Origin: the human T2T-CHM13v2.0 reference genome, Homo sapiens
Reading direction: 5' to 3' (one strand)
Assembly: GCF_009914755.1 (NCBI RefSeq)
Contig: NC_060934.1
DNA: 64,000 nt
In this document: in pieces, positions 1-20,200 of the stretch
Layout: each line of letters begins with the position of its first letter
How positions within the stretch are numbered: position 1 is the first letter of the stretch
Made by a program: the position numbers and the translations under genes
The notes under the pieces: generated by a model
The model's database searches: none
The model's input: the letters and a program-made list of their open reading frames with translations, nothing else
What the model was told of the DNA's origin: nothing

Positions 1-255
1 ACACCTACACACACATCACACACCCACACCACACCCACACCACACAAACATGCCACACACATACCCCACACCATACACACACACACACCAAATACACCAC
101 ACATACAACAAACACACCACACACACGCACCACACACACCCCCTATACACTCCCCCCACTCACCACATACCACACACCACATACACACCAAACACACCAC
201 ACACACACACCACACGCAACTCGCCCACACTCACCACACACCCCCCACACACACA
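1..255. repeat. Degenerate CA-rich simple repeat in OGDHL intron 15
   Basis: Interrupted (CA)n/(CAC)n tract; it accounts for the His/Thr-rich ORF 50..289. Confidence 0.95.
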
Positions 256-496
256 TGATCCTGAGGACCACAGATGGCCACCAGCTTGACCTTAGTGGAC
301 AGCTTGGGCCCAGCAGTGAGCTCTGCACACTTGCCCTGGGGGGTCAGCGAGGTGGCCATCTGATGATGCCACCTGAGGGCAGGGGCTAGGGATGCTGTGA
401 AGATCCCACCCCAACAAAGGCCCCCTCGGGATCCCCAAGCCAGGCCCAGCTTCTGCTCCAGGTCTCCTGTGCGGATGCTGAGCCCCACTGCGCTCA

Positions 497-826
<330 letters not shown>

Positions 827-1553
827 CTACCCCAAGCCTGTGGAGGGGTGGAGCAGGTACCACTTGGCAAGCATTGGCCACGCTGCAGACACCGTCAGGC
901 TCAGAGTCATTTACTCAGATCACACAGCTGTCAAGGTACACGGATTTGACTCCAAGTCCCCAGGCTTATGCTGTGCTCCTGTCAGCCCCACACACAGAGG
1001 CTAACACACAAACAGAGCGGGCACATGCCCCAAACGCTGTCAGCAGCTGCCCCAGGACATTCGGTCTCGGTCTCGGTGCACACTGTAAGGGAACCCCCTC
1101 AGAACTCTCCCAGGTGGGTCAGAGGGTGTGTAGGCACCCCAATACAGCCACAGGGGACCCTCCGGACTTCCCAGGCAAAGGTCACAGTGGCCCCAGCCAA
1201 GGGATGCAGTCGGTGACCACCCACATTCTAGTCTCACCCCGGAGTGGGGGGGCTGCCCTCGGTCATTGGTCCAGGCCCCGGCAAGCCACCGTCCTTTCAG
1301 CTGCAGAATTCTGCCCACGTTCCAGGCTGCGTTCCAGCCCCTGTGTGGGAGCCCTTGCTTTCCTGCTCTTCTGCCTGACCCAGGGACGCCCCGGCAAAGG
1401 CATTTGGAAAATCCAAGGTCCCCAACCTAAGACTAGTCACTGGTACCCAGCTGGGAGTGTGGCATCTAGAGCTGCCCAGCTCGCCACACCCACCCTGAAA
1501 AGAGCTACTGTCACGGGCACAGATGTGGTGCCGAGAGCTACGTGGACCCACTA

Positions 1554-2099
<546 letters not shown>

Positions 2100-2325
2100 C
2101 TATGCCCTCCCTTTTCAGTGAGCACCTGGCCATCCATGCTCAGAGGGCAATGCTATCCTTGACTTGCAGGAATCGGCCCCACGCAGCTTTGGGGACTCAG
2201 TGATAGAGCCTGCAGCCTCTAGACTAGGCAATGACAGCTGTCACCCAGGGCCATTCCAGTCCTGATCCCAGTGCAAGACCTCAAGGCCCAGGGGAGTCCC
2301 TCTGAGCCACACACTGCTCGCTCAC

Positions 2326-2428
2326 CAGGCCAGGGGGAGTCCAACCAGTGCTTTATATGCAGAATCTTTTTATCCTTGGACCTGCCATAAGCCTCCTCAC
2401 AGATCCGGTCGTATTTGGCAATTTCTTC
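2326..2428 (-). CDS. OGDHL: OGDHL exon 13 ([14 protein letters not shown]...WLDSPWP)
   Basis: 103 nt, ttccAG acceptor, GTGAG donor. Confidence 0.96.
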
Positions 2429-2911
2429 CTGGAATCAGGATGAAGATGTGGACAGAGCACCAAAGCCCTGCGCAGCCAGATGCCCAGTCCACTTGGACTC
2501 GTAAGTCCTGGTCCCCATCACCAAGTTCTTCTAGAACTCTCTGTCTCTGGCCTATAGGGACCTCATGGCTAGAAGCCAAAGTCTCAGAGTTCAGGGGATC
2601 CTGTACAGGTACCCCGAGGCTGGGCAGGCCTGCAGTGCGCTCAGCAAGGGGCTTGGAGAAGGCTCCGGAAACTTGTAGTCCTTGCCCTCAGAGCTCCATG
2701 AAGGTGGAAGGACGAACACTCCATAGATAATTATGGGGACAACCCCAGCTCAGGGCTGCCTCCTACAGGAAGCCTTCCCGCACTCCTGCTCAAGGCTGGA
2801 CTTCCCCCACATTGCAGTACCCACTGTGTCCCACTTGGCTGTAACTGCATCCTTAGTTCTTGGTCCCCTTTGGTAACTGGGGCCTCTTGGGGACAAGGAC
2901 CATAGTGGCTA

Positions 2912-3289
<378 letters not shown>

Positions 3290-3419
3290 CTATCACCTAT
3301 CACCGAATGAATGTCCCGTCCCAGGCCTTTGCACAGATTGCTCTTGGTGGCATAAATCTCTCATCCAAGAAGCACTCCCAGCCCTGAGTGCTGAAGATGC
3401 TGATGACATGGCTGGCTCA

Positions 3420-3689
<270 letters not shown>

Positions 3690-4425
3690 TTACTTAGAGT
3701 GAGATAGAAGGTGCCAGCCTTGGAGACTGAGCAGGGGGATGCTCAAGGTCCACTGAGGTGCCCAGGAGGAATGTGGGACACAACAGGGTGATGGTGAGCA
3801 GCCCCACAATTAGACACGGCAACAGCTCCCACGGGGACGGCAGCAGCACCAGCCGGGTGGAGCCTGCTCTTTTTCGCCAGTCACTTTGACACACTGGTAG
3901 TGAGGAACATAGGCCTGGAAAATCCAGTCCTAACAACGGCTAACTGCAACCTGGGGCAAGGTGCTTACATACCCACAGCCTGTTTCCTCATCTATAAAAA
4001 GGGGTCACTTAAATTCCCACCTCACAGGATGTTCAAGGACGATGACGTGACTTAATGCAAACAAGGCAGTGAACACAGGGCTTTCTAGACTCCATATGAG
4101 CTGTTAGAAGCTCAGCTGCCTTAGAGAAAGGGCACCAAGGTCCCTGTGTCTAAGATTGCCCATGTGGGGCTGCACACGGCCAGCCTCCATGAGGCACTCG
4201 CTACACAGGTGCTCCTTTGGTCCTTCCAGCCCTACTTATCCCTCCCTATTGTGTCTTCCAATTTCACAGACCAGGACACCAAGGCTGGAAAGAGCAGGGT
4301 CCTGCCTGGTAAGCAGCACAGCAGTGGGCTCAGAGCCAGGAGCATCTCACTTTCCCCGCAAGCTACTGCCTGGATTTCCAGGGATGCTGACGCTGTGAGG
4401 CCCAGCGTGGAGCCTACATGCTCAC

Positions 4426-4554
4426 CTGGTTGTTGACGACGACGTGCACGGTACCATTGGTCGTGTAGGAGGGCAGGTCGCTCAGGTGGAAGGTCTCATA
4501 TACCACGCCCTGGCCAGCAAAGGCGGCGTCCCCATGAACCAGGATGGACATGAC
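4426..4554 (-). CDS. OGDHL: OGDHL exon 10, thiamine-diphosphate-binding motif ([10 protein letters not shown]...VVNNQ)
   Basis: 129 nt, GDA-x(n)-NN ThDP/Mg motif, AG/GTGAG boundaries. Confidence 0.98.
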
Positions 4555-4704
4555 CTGCAGGGCAGGTGTGAGCCAGGAGGGGCTGCGTGCCCCAGCCCAT
4601 GTAGCCCAGCCGGCACCTGTACTGTGGAGACCCAGGGTCCAGCCCAGCCCTCTGGGCCCACCCTGAAGGGCCCAGGTCCTCTGGGTTCCCCCAGGTGAGC
4701 TCAC

Positions 4705-4884
4705 CTTCTTGCCCTGGGCATCTCCACGGTAGAACTGCTCTGCCTTTGTCTTCCCCTGCACCACAGGGTCCACTGCCTCCAGGTGGGAGGGGTTGGCAAC
4801 CAGCGACAGAGTGATGTTCCGGTTGGTGACGCGGTTGATCCTCTCATGGTACATGCCCAGGTGGTACTTGACATCCCCGGAGCC
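4705..4884 (-). CDS. OGDHL: OGDHL exon 9 ([10 protein letters not shown]...NPSHLE...QGKK)
   Basis: 180 nt, GDVKYHLG and NPSHLE motifs. Confidence 0.98.
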
Positions 4885-6417
4885 CTGAAGGTGGAGATGG
4901 GAACATGATGGATCCTCCCCTCCCACATCAGACAGGCAGATACACAGGCAGGCACTGCAGCCCACAGTCAGGCTGGCACATTCCCCCGATCCCACTGCCT
5001 CAGAGGGCCAAGCTGTCTCTGACCCCTCTCTCCTCATCACACTGCCCCTCCTCACTGGCCTGAGGGAGGAAGGCAGGGACCCCAGGCCTTGGCTCAGAGC
5101 CTCTCTGTACACTGACCATGGAGCAGGAGAGCACAAGAGTGGGGAAGGCCATCCAGCGGTGGGGAAGGCAGGGAGAGAAGGGCAGTGCCTAGGCATCAGC
5201 GCAGAGACCCTCGGCCAGGCCACCAGCAAACACTGAAGCTGAATCCCCTGACTCCTCACACCAATGGTAGCAATGAGGGACACACAACATTTTATGACCC
5301 TGAAGCAAGGAAGACTTACAGCATTCTACACAATATCCTAACACCAGAAAACACAAAAGACACCTAAATTCTAGCAAATTTGCCATGGGGGAGCAAACCC
5401 ACGCCCAGCGATAGGGGAAACAAATCAAGCTGAGAAAAATATTCATAAACAAATGCAGGCAAAGGGCAAATTCCCTCAATGTACAAAACGCTTTTACAAA
5501 TCAGGAAGATAAAGCCCAAAAACTCCATAGGAAAATGAGCAAAAGCCACAAGCAGGAATTTACAGAAAAATATGAATGGCTCAAAAGCATGTGAAAAGAT
5601 AAGCAACTGAATTCATAACAAAGAAATGCATTACAACAAAATCCTCTTTTGAACCTATTATATCGGCAAAGATGAAAGGATTCGAGAGCGTGTAGGAGGA
5701 AGTGGGGTGGGGGCTCTGGCACCATCACACACTGTGGATGGGCTCGCTGACATCTGCCAGCTCCTGGGAGGGTCGTTCAGTCCCACCTCCGTAGCTCCAG
5801 CCGCTGCACTGCTCGGACACCATCTAACAGATAAACTCGCTCACACATGTGCAAGGACCCTCATGAGAACAACCCAATGTCCAGCACAAGGGATGCTTTA
5901 GCTGTAAGAAGCCTGGGGTAGCCCATGTGTGCAGGCAGGAAACAATGACAACTTGTTAAGTGAAAACAGCAAGGTGCCACCCGGTGTCACGGCTATGCCC
6001 ATGGCCTCTTAGAAATAAGGTTGCACTGGAAAAAGAGGTTTGTTTGTATCAGCATGAAATGTTTCTAGAAGTACACACCTAAACACAACAGAAGCACACA
6101 AACAAAATTGGCCACAAGAATGGAGTCTCACTGAGGAACATATTCTCATTGTATAAGCTTTGTTCTGTTTTGTTGTTTTCACAATGATCAAATTTCTTTT
6201 TCAGTTGAAAAAAAATAGTAATTTCATTTTAAACATCCTTTGGCCAAGTTTTCCACTATACACACAGGTCATCTTTGACTCATTGCAACCATTCTCGGGC
6301 ATGCGCTTTTATCCCTGTTTTACGGAAGAGCAAAGTGAGGCTTAGAAGGCTGAAGGTGCTAGAACAAAAGGAACAGGATGTCAGAAAGACCTGGGATAGG
6401 AGCCAGTAGGTATGGGT

Positions 6418-6418
<1 letters not shown>

Positions 6419-6466
<48 letters not shown>
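6419..6466. repeat. (CA)~24 microsatellite
   Basis: Uninterrupted dinucleotide run. Confidence 0.97.
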
Positions 6467-6469
<3 letters not shown>

Positions 6470-6601
6470 CAGCAGGCTGGAGACAGCAGGAGAGATAGTC
6501 CTGAGGGCAAAGGGACACAGAGGAGGGAGTGACAGGCTCATTGCCCAGGGGACCCAGAGAGCCACCGAAAGGGAAGATGGGCAGGACTTTGAAAGAGGCT
6601 A

Positions 6602-6906
<305 letters not shown>

Positions 6907-7338
6907 GAAAGAGGCTAGGCAGTATGGGCTGAAGGCCTGGCCAAGGCCTCCCAGGGAGCGGGTGGGAGCAGGAACAACATTTCCTCAGCAGGTCGATGGG
7001 TACGGAAAACCATCCTCACCTCCCAAGGCTCTGCTGGGCAAACAAATGAGCAAGGGAGTCATTCCTGGCTGGTGGACAGGACTTTGGACATGGAGGCACA
7101 GCCACATGAGCAGAACTGAGCAACTTCCAGCAAGCCTTTGCATCTTTGGACTTCAGTTTCCCTAGCTCAAAACAGGGAGGTTGACCCAGATTATCTGAGG
7201 GCCCTCCCAGCTACCAGAGACTGCAGCCCTTGCTCCAAAAAGCCTTAGGGTCCTCAGGCAAACACCCAGCCTCTCTCCTGCAGGCTTCTCCAATGCATCC
7301 ATCTTAAGGTTTATCTCAGCCCGGAAGCTCCCGGCTCA

Positions 7339-7521
<183 letters not shown>

Positions 7522-8387
7522 TCACCTGGCAAAGCCCGCAGGCCTCAGGGTTCCCTCCCCCACTGTGGAGGCCTGGCCTGGCCTAATACAGCCCCTTCGT
7601 GCCCAGAGCCCTCCTCAGACCACCCAATCACCAGGCACCATCCTCTCCTGCTGCTGTAATGGCCCGAGGCTTAAAGCCCCATGCTTTCTTGCTGCCTCAG
7701 GCCACTGGGCCAGCTCTGCCTAACTCTCTGACCAGACACTGGGCATTCCCAGGCCCCCCATGACAGACAAACCCCAAAGTCCTGGCAGGCCAGCCACGAA
7801 TGGGGACCCCTGCACCATGCATTTGGATGCCCTCATGCTGATGTAGCCCTGGGCTAGTCCAACCACAAGCAGCTCTCTGGTCACGGGAAAAGCCCAGGGC
7901 CCTTCCCACAGGCCACTCTGCACATCTGCACATGCCCACTCAGCAGGACCCCTGGCCACAGACGTCTCTGTCCCCCAGGGTGCATTCCCCCTCCTGCTTC
8001 CCCACAGGCTCCAGCTCAGAGGTAACGCCCCACTGCTGAGCAAGCCTTCTAGATCTTCATCAAGGTCAAGGGAACACGCAGTCAGCTTGCAGCCAGGTCA
8101 GAGACCCTCGGCTCACCTCCACAGACCTCCCTGTTGGGGACACAACCCGGGAACAACTGCCCAGGCCCTGCCCTCCCTTCCCTGGAAGAAATCCCTCCAC
8201 CTCTCCTTGTCCACAGGAACCTCAAGAAGTATAGTGTACCGCTTTCTGAAATCTCACCCTTGCTAGGGACAGAGGCAACATGGCCAGGGAGAGAGGGTGC
8301 CTGATAACCTGGTTAGCACCCGGCCCCAGGTGACTCTGGCCAAGTACCCGGCAATTTCTGTGACGAGCAGGCCAGGCCCAGGACTCA

Positions 8388-8741
<354 letters not shown>

Positions 8742-9457
8742 TCATGAGTGCTCAGAGCTGAATGCTGAGGACAGAGGAAGTCACAAATCCTCCTTCCACC
8801 TACATGGTCCAGGGCCCACCATGGATACACCTGTCCCACCCAGCAAAGGAACACAGGGTTAGGGGAGGCTAGGCATCTTCCCAGCTGAACCAAACGCCTC
8901 TGCCTACACCCCTTCCCAGCTGCCGCCCTCTCTCTTCCTCATAGCCAAGCTCCTCCAACAGGCCACTGCCCACCCACTCCTAGCCCACTACCCTCCTGCC
9001 ACACTCAAGGGCTCTCTTCGCCAAGTCCCAAAGATCTCCACCCAGCCAGATCCAAACTCCAGCCCACACCTCGCTGCTCAGGAATCCACTTTGCATCCAG
9101 CAGCTGAGTCAGGTGCTCCCCCAAGCCCCTGAAGCCCTGGGGGACCCAGCTTCAGAAAAGTCCAGTGAACAGACAGGTGGTGTGGCCACAGTCACTCCAC
9201 ACCAGGGATAATTTTCTGCCCAAATGTTCCCACAGCCACTTCCCGCCACTTCTGGCCTTGCTCAGTGTCCCCGCTCTCTTGTTCTCCTAGAGCCTCATCC
9301 CTGCCCACCTGACCTGCTGTGCCTTGGGCCAGCTCTTGGCCAAACTGCCTAAACACCTGGTCCCAACTCTCCTCCCTGCAGCCAGTGGTGAGGCCGATCC
9401 AGTCCTGCCTTCCTGTGGCACCCTCCTGCTCTCTTAGGCAGGGTGTGGGACGTCTCA

Positions 9458-9727
<270 letters not shown>

Positions 9728-9785
9728 CTAGAACAAAAAAGACAGTGCCTTCCCGTCCTCTGGCAAGCTCCAAAGAGCTGCTTCA

Positions 9786-9983
<198 letters not shown>

Positions 9984-10270
9984 TCAGGCCCAGGTGGAGC
10001 CCCGCAGTCTCACCAGACCTCCCAGTCTCCCCAGTGCCCTCCCTCTGGGTCCAACCTGGGGAGCAGAAGTGAGAGTGAGCCCAGGGAGGCAGGGTGGACA
10101 AGCCTCTCAGGCTTGAACACATGGGGCACAAGCTAGGGAAAGTGGCAGGCATCCTTCTCAGGAACAACAGGCAGTACACAGGCAAGGTAGAAAGGAGGCC
10201 CTGTGGGCTGCTCCCCGAGCTCCATGGATTCCCAAGGATCAGGCTGTCCCTAGTGCCCGTGGGCCCCTTA

Positions 10271-10555
<285 letters not shown>

Positions 10556-10619
10556 CTACTTCACTGCTGCCTGCGAGACCCCAGCCACAGCCAGTAAGGT
10601 GGCAGGAGCTCAACCTGGT

Positions 10620-13250
<2,631 letters not shown>

Positions 13251-14447
13251 TTCAGCACAGTGTGCAGGTGATTCTAACCACAGCTGTGCCTGCTACTCGC
13301 CTGTAAGGGGCTGCAGCCCTCCTGGTGGGAGCTCATCCACACCAGGCACAACAGAGTAACACACCTGAATCCAGAAGCCACCCTGCCAGGAAAACTCTCT
13401 AATGCCTCGTCTTGGTTAATCAAAGAACAAAGAGCTACTGAAGGGCTGAGATCTGTGCTTAGAAGATAAGGCCCTCGGGCAGCACCCTGAACGTTTCCCT
13501 GTATTTAATATACAGTTTTACATCCTTGTTCTTCATTTTTGAAGTCAAGGGTTAGATCACTGTCTGCTTCTTTCAGCCAGCCAGGAAAGACACAATACAC
13601 AATAGCTGCTGTTTGCTCCTAGGTGGCCCACAATTGATGGGTCCTCAGGCCAGAAGGGAACCCAACCCTGCTCACCTTCCCTCTTCCATCCCCAGGTGGG
13701 TGGTGTACAGGGAACTCTGTTCCATCCCACAGATTGGGCAGCTCATTCAGAGGCAAAGCATCATTTCCATTTGCTAATGCCCCCCTGTACCCTAGCCTTG
13801 CTGTGGCTTGCTGCTGCCTCACATTTCCCTGACGGAATACCTCCTGCCAGCAGTTCCCAGAGATATTCCAAATGATTACGCTTGTTATGGCCTGAACACC
13901 GCAGCAGTCCTCCAATTAGTCCTGTCTGGTCAAGACCAAAAACACACACCATCACTGGGACTCTGACAGAGCAGGGGCCCAGCATGGGAGAGCCTAAGTC
14001 TCCAGGAGGAGCAACTGGTGGGGGAGAATTGTTTACTGAACCATTCATTCCATAAACATGAATTAGGCACCTGCTGTATCAGTCCCTGTTCTCCCAGGAT
14101 GCCCATTCTAGAGGAGAAAACAGAATTAACAAGGGTTAATCTACTCACCCCTCATTCAACAGGCTTTGGAATTGATCCCTTACTAAGTGCTCCTCCACGT
14201 ACTCGGGGCATGGTGTGTGCAAGGAACAGACCACAAGGACACAAGTCAGTATGCACAAAAAAAAATTCAAGCAGGTGGTAAGTGCTCTGAATGATGATGT
14301 GGCAAAGACTGGCTAGAGGAGTAGGTGCCGCTCAGTAGAGGACAAGGAGAAGGGCTCTCTGGGGAGATGATGTTGGAGCTGAGACCCCTTCCCTTCAGCG
14401 CCTGGCCACACCCCAGGAGCCAGTGCAGCCTCCCAGGCTGTGCCTCA

Positions 14448-14630
<183 letters not shown>

Positions 14631-15973
14631 CTAGGCAGGGCAGAAACAAGAACGCAGCCAGGTCAGGGCCTGGGAAGAGTCAGGGGTGGCCCAGGCTGGG
14701 GCCCCAAGGAGTGTCAGGTCTTCCTTGAGGACCACAGCTCTCAGGGCCTTCCCAGGGTGCCTAGATGTACATACAACGATGTTCCCTGCAGAACTGTTTA
14801 CAAAAATTGACAATGTGAAAACAACCTACATGGCTATCCATAGAAAACTGGCTAAATAACGATTTTACATTTAGAATCTGGAAGATTACACAGTCTTTTA
14901 AAAAGGTGCTTTCAGTATTGTGGACATGGAATATTGCCAAGATACGTTTTAAAGTGAATGAAGCAGAAGAGGATGTATGGCTGCTACTCTCTGTGTAGAA
15001 GCAAAAAGCAGATGTGAACACACACAGGCATTTGCATGTGTTTTCCATAAGAACAATGTAAAAGCGCTTTCCTCCGTGCACTCCCATACGGCACTGGTGG
15101 GAGACTCAGTTGGTACAATCCCCATGGAAAGCAACTTGGCAATACCCATCAAAATTATACACAGCCACTCCTGGACCCAACTATTCCACTTTGGGGAATT
15201 TACCCTACAGATGGCTCTGCAGGTGCAAGATGATGAAGGTGTAAGATGATGCACTGCAGCACTGTTCGCCACAGTCAGAGACTAGAAATGAACCAGATGT
15301 CCATCAGCAGGAATAGGGGTGGCACATACATGCAATGGAATACTACACAGCTGGACAGAGTGAATAGTGAGGCTCTTCATGTACTGATATGGAAAGATCT
15401 TGGAGATACATCACCAAGCGAAAACAGCAGGGAGCAAAACAGTATGTGTTACAGGTTACTTTTGCGTAAAGGGAGACAAATCCAGAGTTACATTTGCAGT
15501 AAGTTTACCTAATGCAAGTCTTGGAAAGGATATAGAGGACACTAAGTTGGGGGACAGTGGGAACTGAGCAGATGAGGATAGATTAGGAGGGAGCTTTCTG
15601 ACTGTGTAACTTCTTATACCTTCTGGCTTTGGATCATGTGACTGCACTGCTTTCCACTGCAGGTGAAGGGGTCAGAGAACAACTTCACTTTTCACCCTCC
15701 CATCTAATTTAATTTTTTTCTTTACTATCAGCAAGTATTTATTTTATCAGATCAATACATACACAAACACGTATGTCCCTAATTACATACAAAGGAGCAT
15801 ATGGAGGCAGCATAGCACGACAAAGGGGGCACGGCAGGGCTCAGGTGTGGCTGAGCAGGACATGGCCAGGGCCTCTCAATCAAAACCACCACCCACTGGC
15901 TGATTCAGCAAAGGGAAAGCAACAGGCTTTGATGACTGAGGACCTGAGAGGCAAAGAAACCTGCCCAGGATCA

Positions 15974-16366
<393 letters not shown>

Positions 16367-19279
16367 TCATTCCCACTGGGCAGATGGTGCTGGGCTAGGC
16401 AGTGATGAGACTGGGAATGTGACACTCTCCCAGCCCCCTGGGCTTACTGTCTGGTGGAAGCTCCCAGCTCAGTAAACTCTATCAATAGATATCAAACAGC
16501 CCTGAGCCCCAGCCCTGCTGTGCCACACTCATCCCAGACCACACTCCTTCCCGGATAGTCCCCAAAGCCTGTGCAGAGACATGAACTCCCCAGGCCCTGC
16601 CTCAGGGAGCACCCACCTAGGTCCTGGAGCCCACTCGGAGAGCCACAGGGCAGGTGCAGGGAGTACCACCAAGAAGGAGTGGGTCTCAGGCCCACCACCC
16701 TAGAACCAGGGCAGGCAGTCCTCCAGGGGTCAGGTGTGTTGTGCATGGTCAGGGAAAAGCAGGGGCAAAAGCATCCAGTGAGCACAGGTGTCGGGGGTGA
16801 TAGAGGCACACTATCTCAGGAGGGCTGTGGCTCTAGTCATTGCGACCAAAAGTGACCAGTGACTCCCTGTGACTGCAATCCTGGGCCAGAGTGCCCTCTC
16901 TCCCAGGCCCAGCCAGAAGGCTGGTGACACTAGGCCCAACAATAGCCCCACTTCATTGCAGGAAGGGCTAAGGTCTGGAGGGGCAGGAAGAGTAGAATGG
17001 AAGGCAGCCCCAGGCCCAGCCCAGCGCCACTCAAGACAGCTAACAGCCCAGGCAGGTACAGACTGGAAGCCCACCCAGACCACGGGGAACCAGGCCCTGC
17101 AGCTCATCTCACCTCACTCTGTCACCTGTGCCTTCCCAGGGAAAATATCTAAATCTTGGGCTTTCAGTGATGGGGGCTTTCTCTATTCCGCAGACGGTAA
17201 GAGTTCTAAGAGCCTCTGCCAATCCTGGAGAACCCCCCAGATATCCCTATCCAGGCAGGTTAGGGGTTGATAGGGCCTACTGAGGTCCCAGATCACCCCA
17301 TACCCCTGCCACCTCATCCTACACATGATGTGTAAAGTGGGACCTCTGTTCCCCACCCTACAACTGTGAGCAGAACCCCTTCCTCTGCTCCAGCACAGCC
17401 ACTGCCATAGAGCAGCTCCCCATGAATACCAGCTAATGCCCTCCTGCCCAGACCGCCCAGCTTGTAAGCTGGGTGCAAGGACCACCCCACAAGGGGTCGC
17501 CCAGGCGGGAGGAGTCCCCTACCCCTGGACAGCTCAGGCCCCAGAAAATGTGCATTCTGGGGTATAACTGGCTTCCAAGTACTGCCCAGGCCAGGCCCTG
17601 AGCCAACGCTCCTGGTCAGGTGTGCTCAGCCAACACCTGTTGCACCCTTCTGCCTCACCCCTGCCATCAGCTCAACCATGTCACCAGAAACTCACTGGCT
17701 GGACTTTCCACAAAAGGTCAGGCCCCACCAGAGGGCAGGGCACAGCCCTCCTTCTAACTCACATGAGCCAGAGGAAAGGGGTGATGTCACCTCAATGGAG
17801 GGAGGACAGGCTCCTGGGGCAACCAGCAGCAAGCCTGAACAGAGAAAATTTTCAAAACAAAAAAGATTCCACTGCAGGGAGGAGGGAGGTGAGCTTGGGA
17901 GCCTCTGAGTGCCCCCAAGTTTCCCTCCCCAATGCTCAGCCCCTGAGGCTTCGGGTCATGTGGCCCAGCCCACGAGCCAGTGATGCCAAGCCCTAGAGCG
18001 CGGGGCACTTGGGGCCGGCTCCTCTGGGAGCAGCACCTCTCCAAGTGCCAGGCATGAGCTCTGGGGTCAGGCAGCCAGGGTCCCAACTCCTGTTCCACCT
18101 CTGACTATCCTAGAGGCCTGGGCAAAGAGAAGGTCGTGCCAGCCCAGCTGGCCACTAGGCCCAGGAGCTCCTGAAGCATCAGGGAGAATCTTCTAGAGCA
18201 TCAAAAAGAATCCACAACCCAGGACGCTTTATCATCCCCAGTCTATGGCAAAGGAAACTAGATATCAAGACCATCGTCATGGGAATAAACATAATAGGCA
18301 CCGTCAGGAGCACTGATTCTAGGACAGATACTGTGCTCATTTAATCCTCCCAACATCCCATGGGGTGGGCACTCATATCAGTTCCACTTTATAAACAGAG
18401 AAACTGAGGTGCAAGAGGCTAAGCTGGCTAAGCTGGTGAGTGACAGGGCTGTGTGGGGTTCCAGCGACTGTGCCCTGATCACTGCAGTCAATATGTAAGC
18501 CAGATTTCTCTTAGCGATGCAGTTCCCATCAGCTGAGCCAGAGCTGCTCCCTCTGCCAGCGCCACTCCCACCCCCACAGGGGAATGGGGCAGTTTGGGCC
18601 AGATAGGGACAAAGTCTGGCTGTGTCCAGAATGGCCCGGTGCAGGAACACTGTTTTATAAACACTAAACAGTCTGGGTTGGCCACTGGGCACTGTTGTGA
18701 CCTTGACCCAGCCTGGCAGGAGGGCAGCCTGCCACCCACCCCCACCTGCATCCCAGCAGGGCATGAGGGCTCAGTATCTAGAGCCAGAGCCCAAGCCAGC
18801 CCTACTAGTTCCTGCCCATACAGTCAAGGACAGCAACAAGGAGTGAGAGTCAGGTGCCCTGTGCAACCCCCTGCCCAGTCCAGACTCCAGCAGAGTTGCC
18901 CTGGGTATCTCTTGGGGGTCTCTTCTCTGAGGACAAGGTCACATAGCATCCCCAACCCAACCTCAGAACCTCAACCCAACCCCAGAAAACTGCCGACACC
19001 ATGGCCACTAAGACTCCCACACACACAACCCTGTCTGGGGTGCCCTAGTGAGGACTACTCCCTAATGCACCCATTGCAGAGATCAGTAAACAGAGGCCGG
19101 GAAGGGTTCTCCCCAGAGGGCCCTCCAAGCTGGGCAGCAGCAGAGCCTGGATTCTCTCAGCAGCAGGTCTACTCTGACCCCACTTTCTGAGAAGCAGATG
19201 AGCTTTTGCTCAGCAACAAACCGCAATTCTATTTAGTTGGGGCCTGTTCCAAGACACTGGGGAGGGGCTGCTAGGGCCT

Positions 19280-20200
19280 GCTTGAGCCAGGTGGCCGAGG
19301 GGCGTCAAAGGGTCTCTCCGGTTCGGCGAATGCGTACTGCAGCCTGCTGTGGCCTCGGGATTACCCCGTCCCCCTCCCACATCTCCCGGGGGGCGGAAGA
19401 AGCGCATCCCATGCAAGCAGCGACCTCAGGCCATGCCGCCCTCTCTCAGGCCTCAGTTTTCTCATCTGTAATCGGAGACCGCGGTTAAAACCGTCTATTA
19501 GGCTCCTTGGTAGTCCGAAGCTGCCTATGGGTCCCGCCAGGTGCACAGCGCTGACCCTCCCCATCCCCCGCACAGCCCTCGCAGCTCCGGGCCCTCCCCT
19601 GGCCACGGAAGGCGCGGGGCAGTCTGAAGTCCTCGGGCTGGAGAAACCCACCGCGAGCACCCGCTCCTCTGCGCAGGACCCTGGACTAGCCGGGTGGTAC
19701 GCGCGCGATGGGCTGGGGGTCCCGGGGGAGGCCACGGCCAGCCAAGGTCAGAGCCAAGGTCACAGTCTGTTCCTCCTCCCCCTCCCCCCGGCGGGGCCAG
19801 ACTCAGGGCTGCGGGCAGCGGCGCCCCAGGACCCAGGAGAGAGGAGCTGTGGGGCCGGTCCCCAGGACGGCAGGAGAAGCAGCGGCGCAGGGACCGGGAG
19901 GGGGCGGGCCGCCGCGCTCACCGGGCGGGCGGGCCGGGTCCGCGCTGCAGCGAGGTCCGGAGGCTGCAGGTCAGGGGGCTGCGCGGAAGGGGTGCGCGCG
20001 CGCCGTGCCAATTACCTGGGTCACGTGACGCAGCCGCCCACGGGCGCGCGCCCCTGAGACTCCGCACGTCGTGACGTCTCCATGGATGCCCCGCCCCGCT
20101 CCTGGCGCTGTCCACGGTGCTGGCGGCCCAGGCCCGAGGTCGCCCACGGCCGAAGGGGGGACTCCTCTCTGAGACCGCAGAACGGGGCTGAGGCCCTGAA
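19280..20200 (-). promoter_or_regulatory. OGDHL CpG-island promoter
   Basis: High CpG density; ETS-like CGGAAG 19984-19989, (GC)n NRF1-like tract about 19993-20003, CCAAT 20008-20012, GTCACGTGAC 20020-20029, CRE-like TGACGTCT 20072-20079, GC boxes. Confidence 0.9.
19922..20010 (-). other. OGDHL: OGDHL non-coding exon 1 (5' end approximate)
   Basis: Donor CCG|GTGAGC with the intron starting at 19921, inside the CpG island. Confidence 0.8.

Noticed and set aside
13880-13965. Possible counterpart of the OGDH mutually exclusive exon (VR...LDQTG)
   Set aside because: Similarity covers only a few residues and the splice sites are weak.
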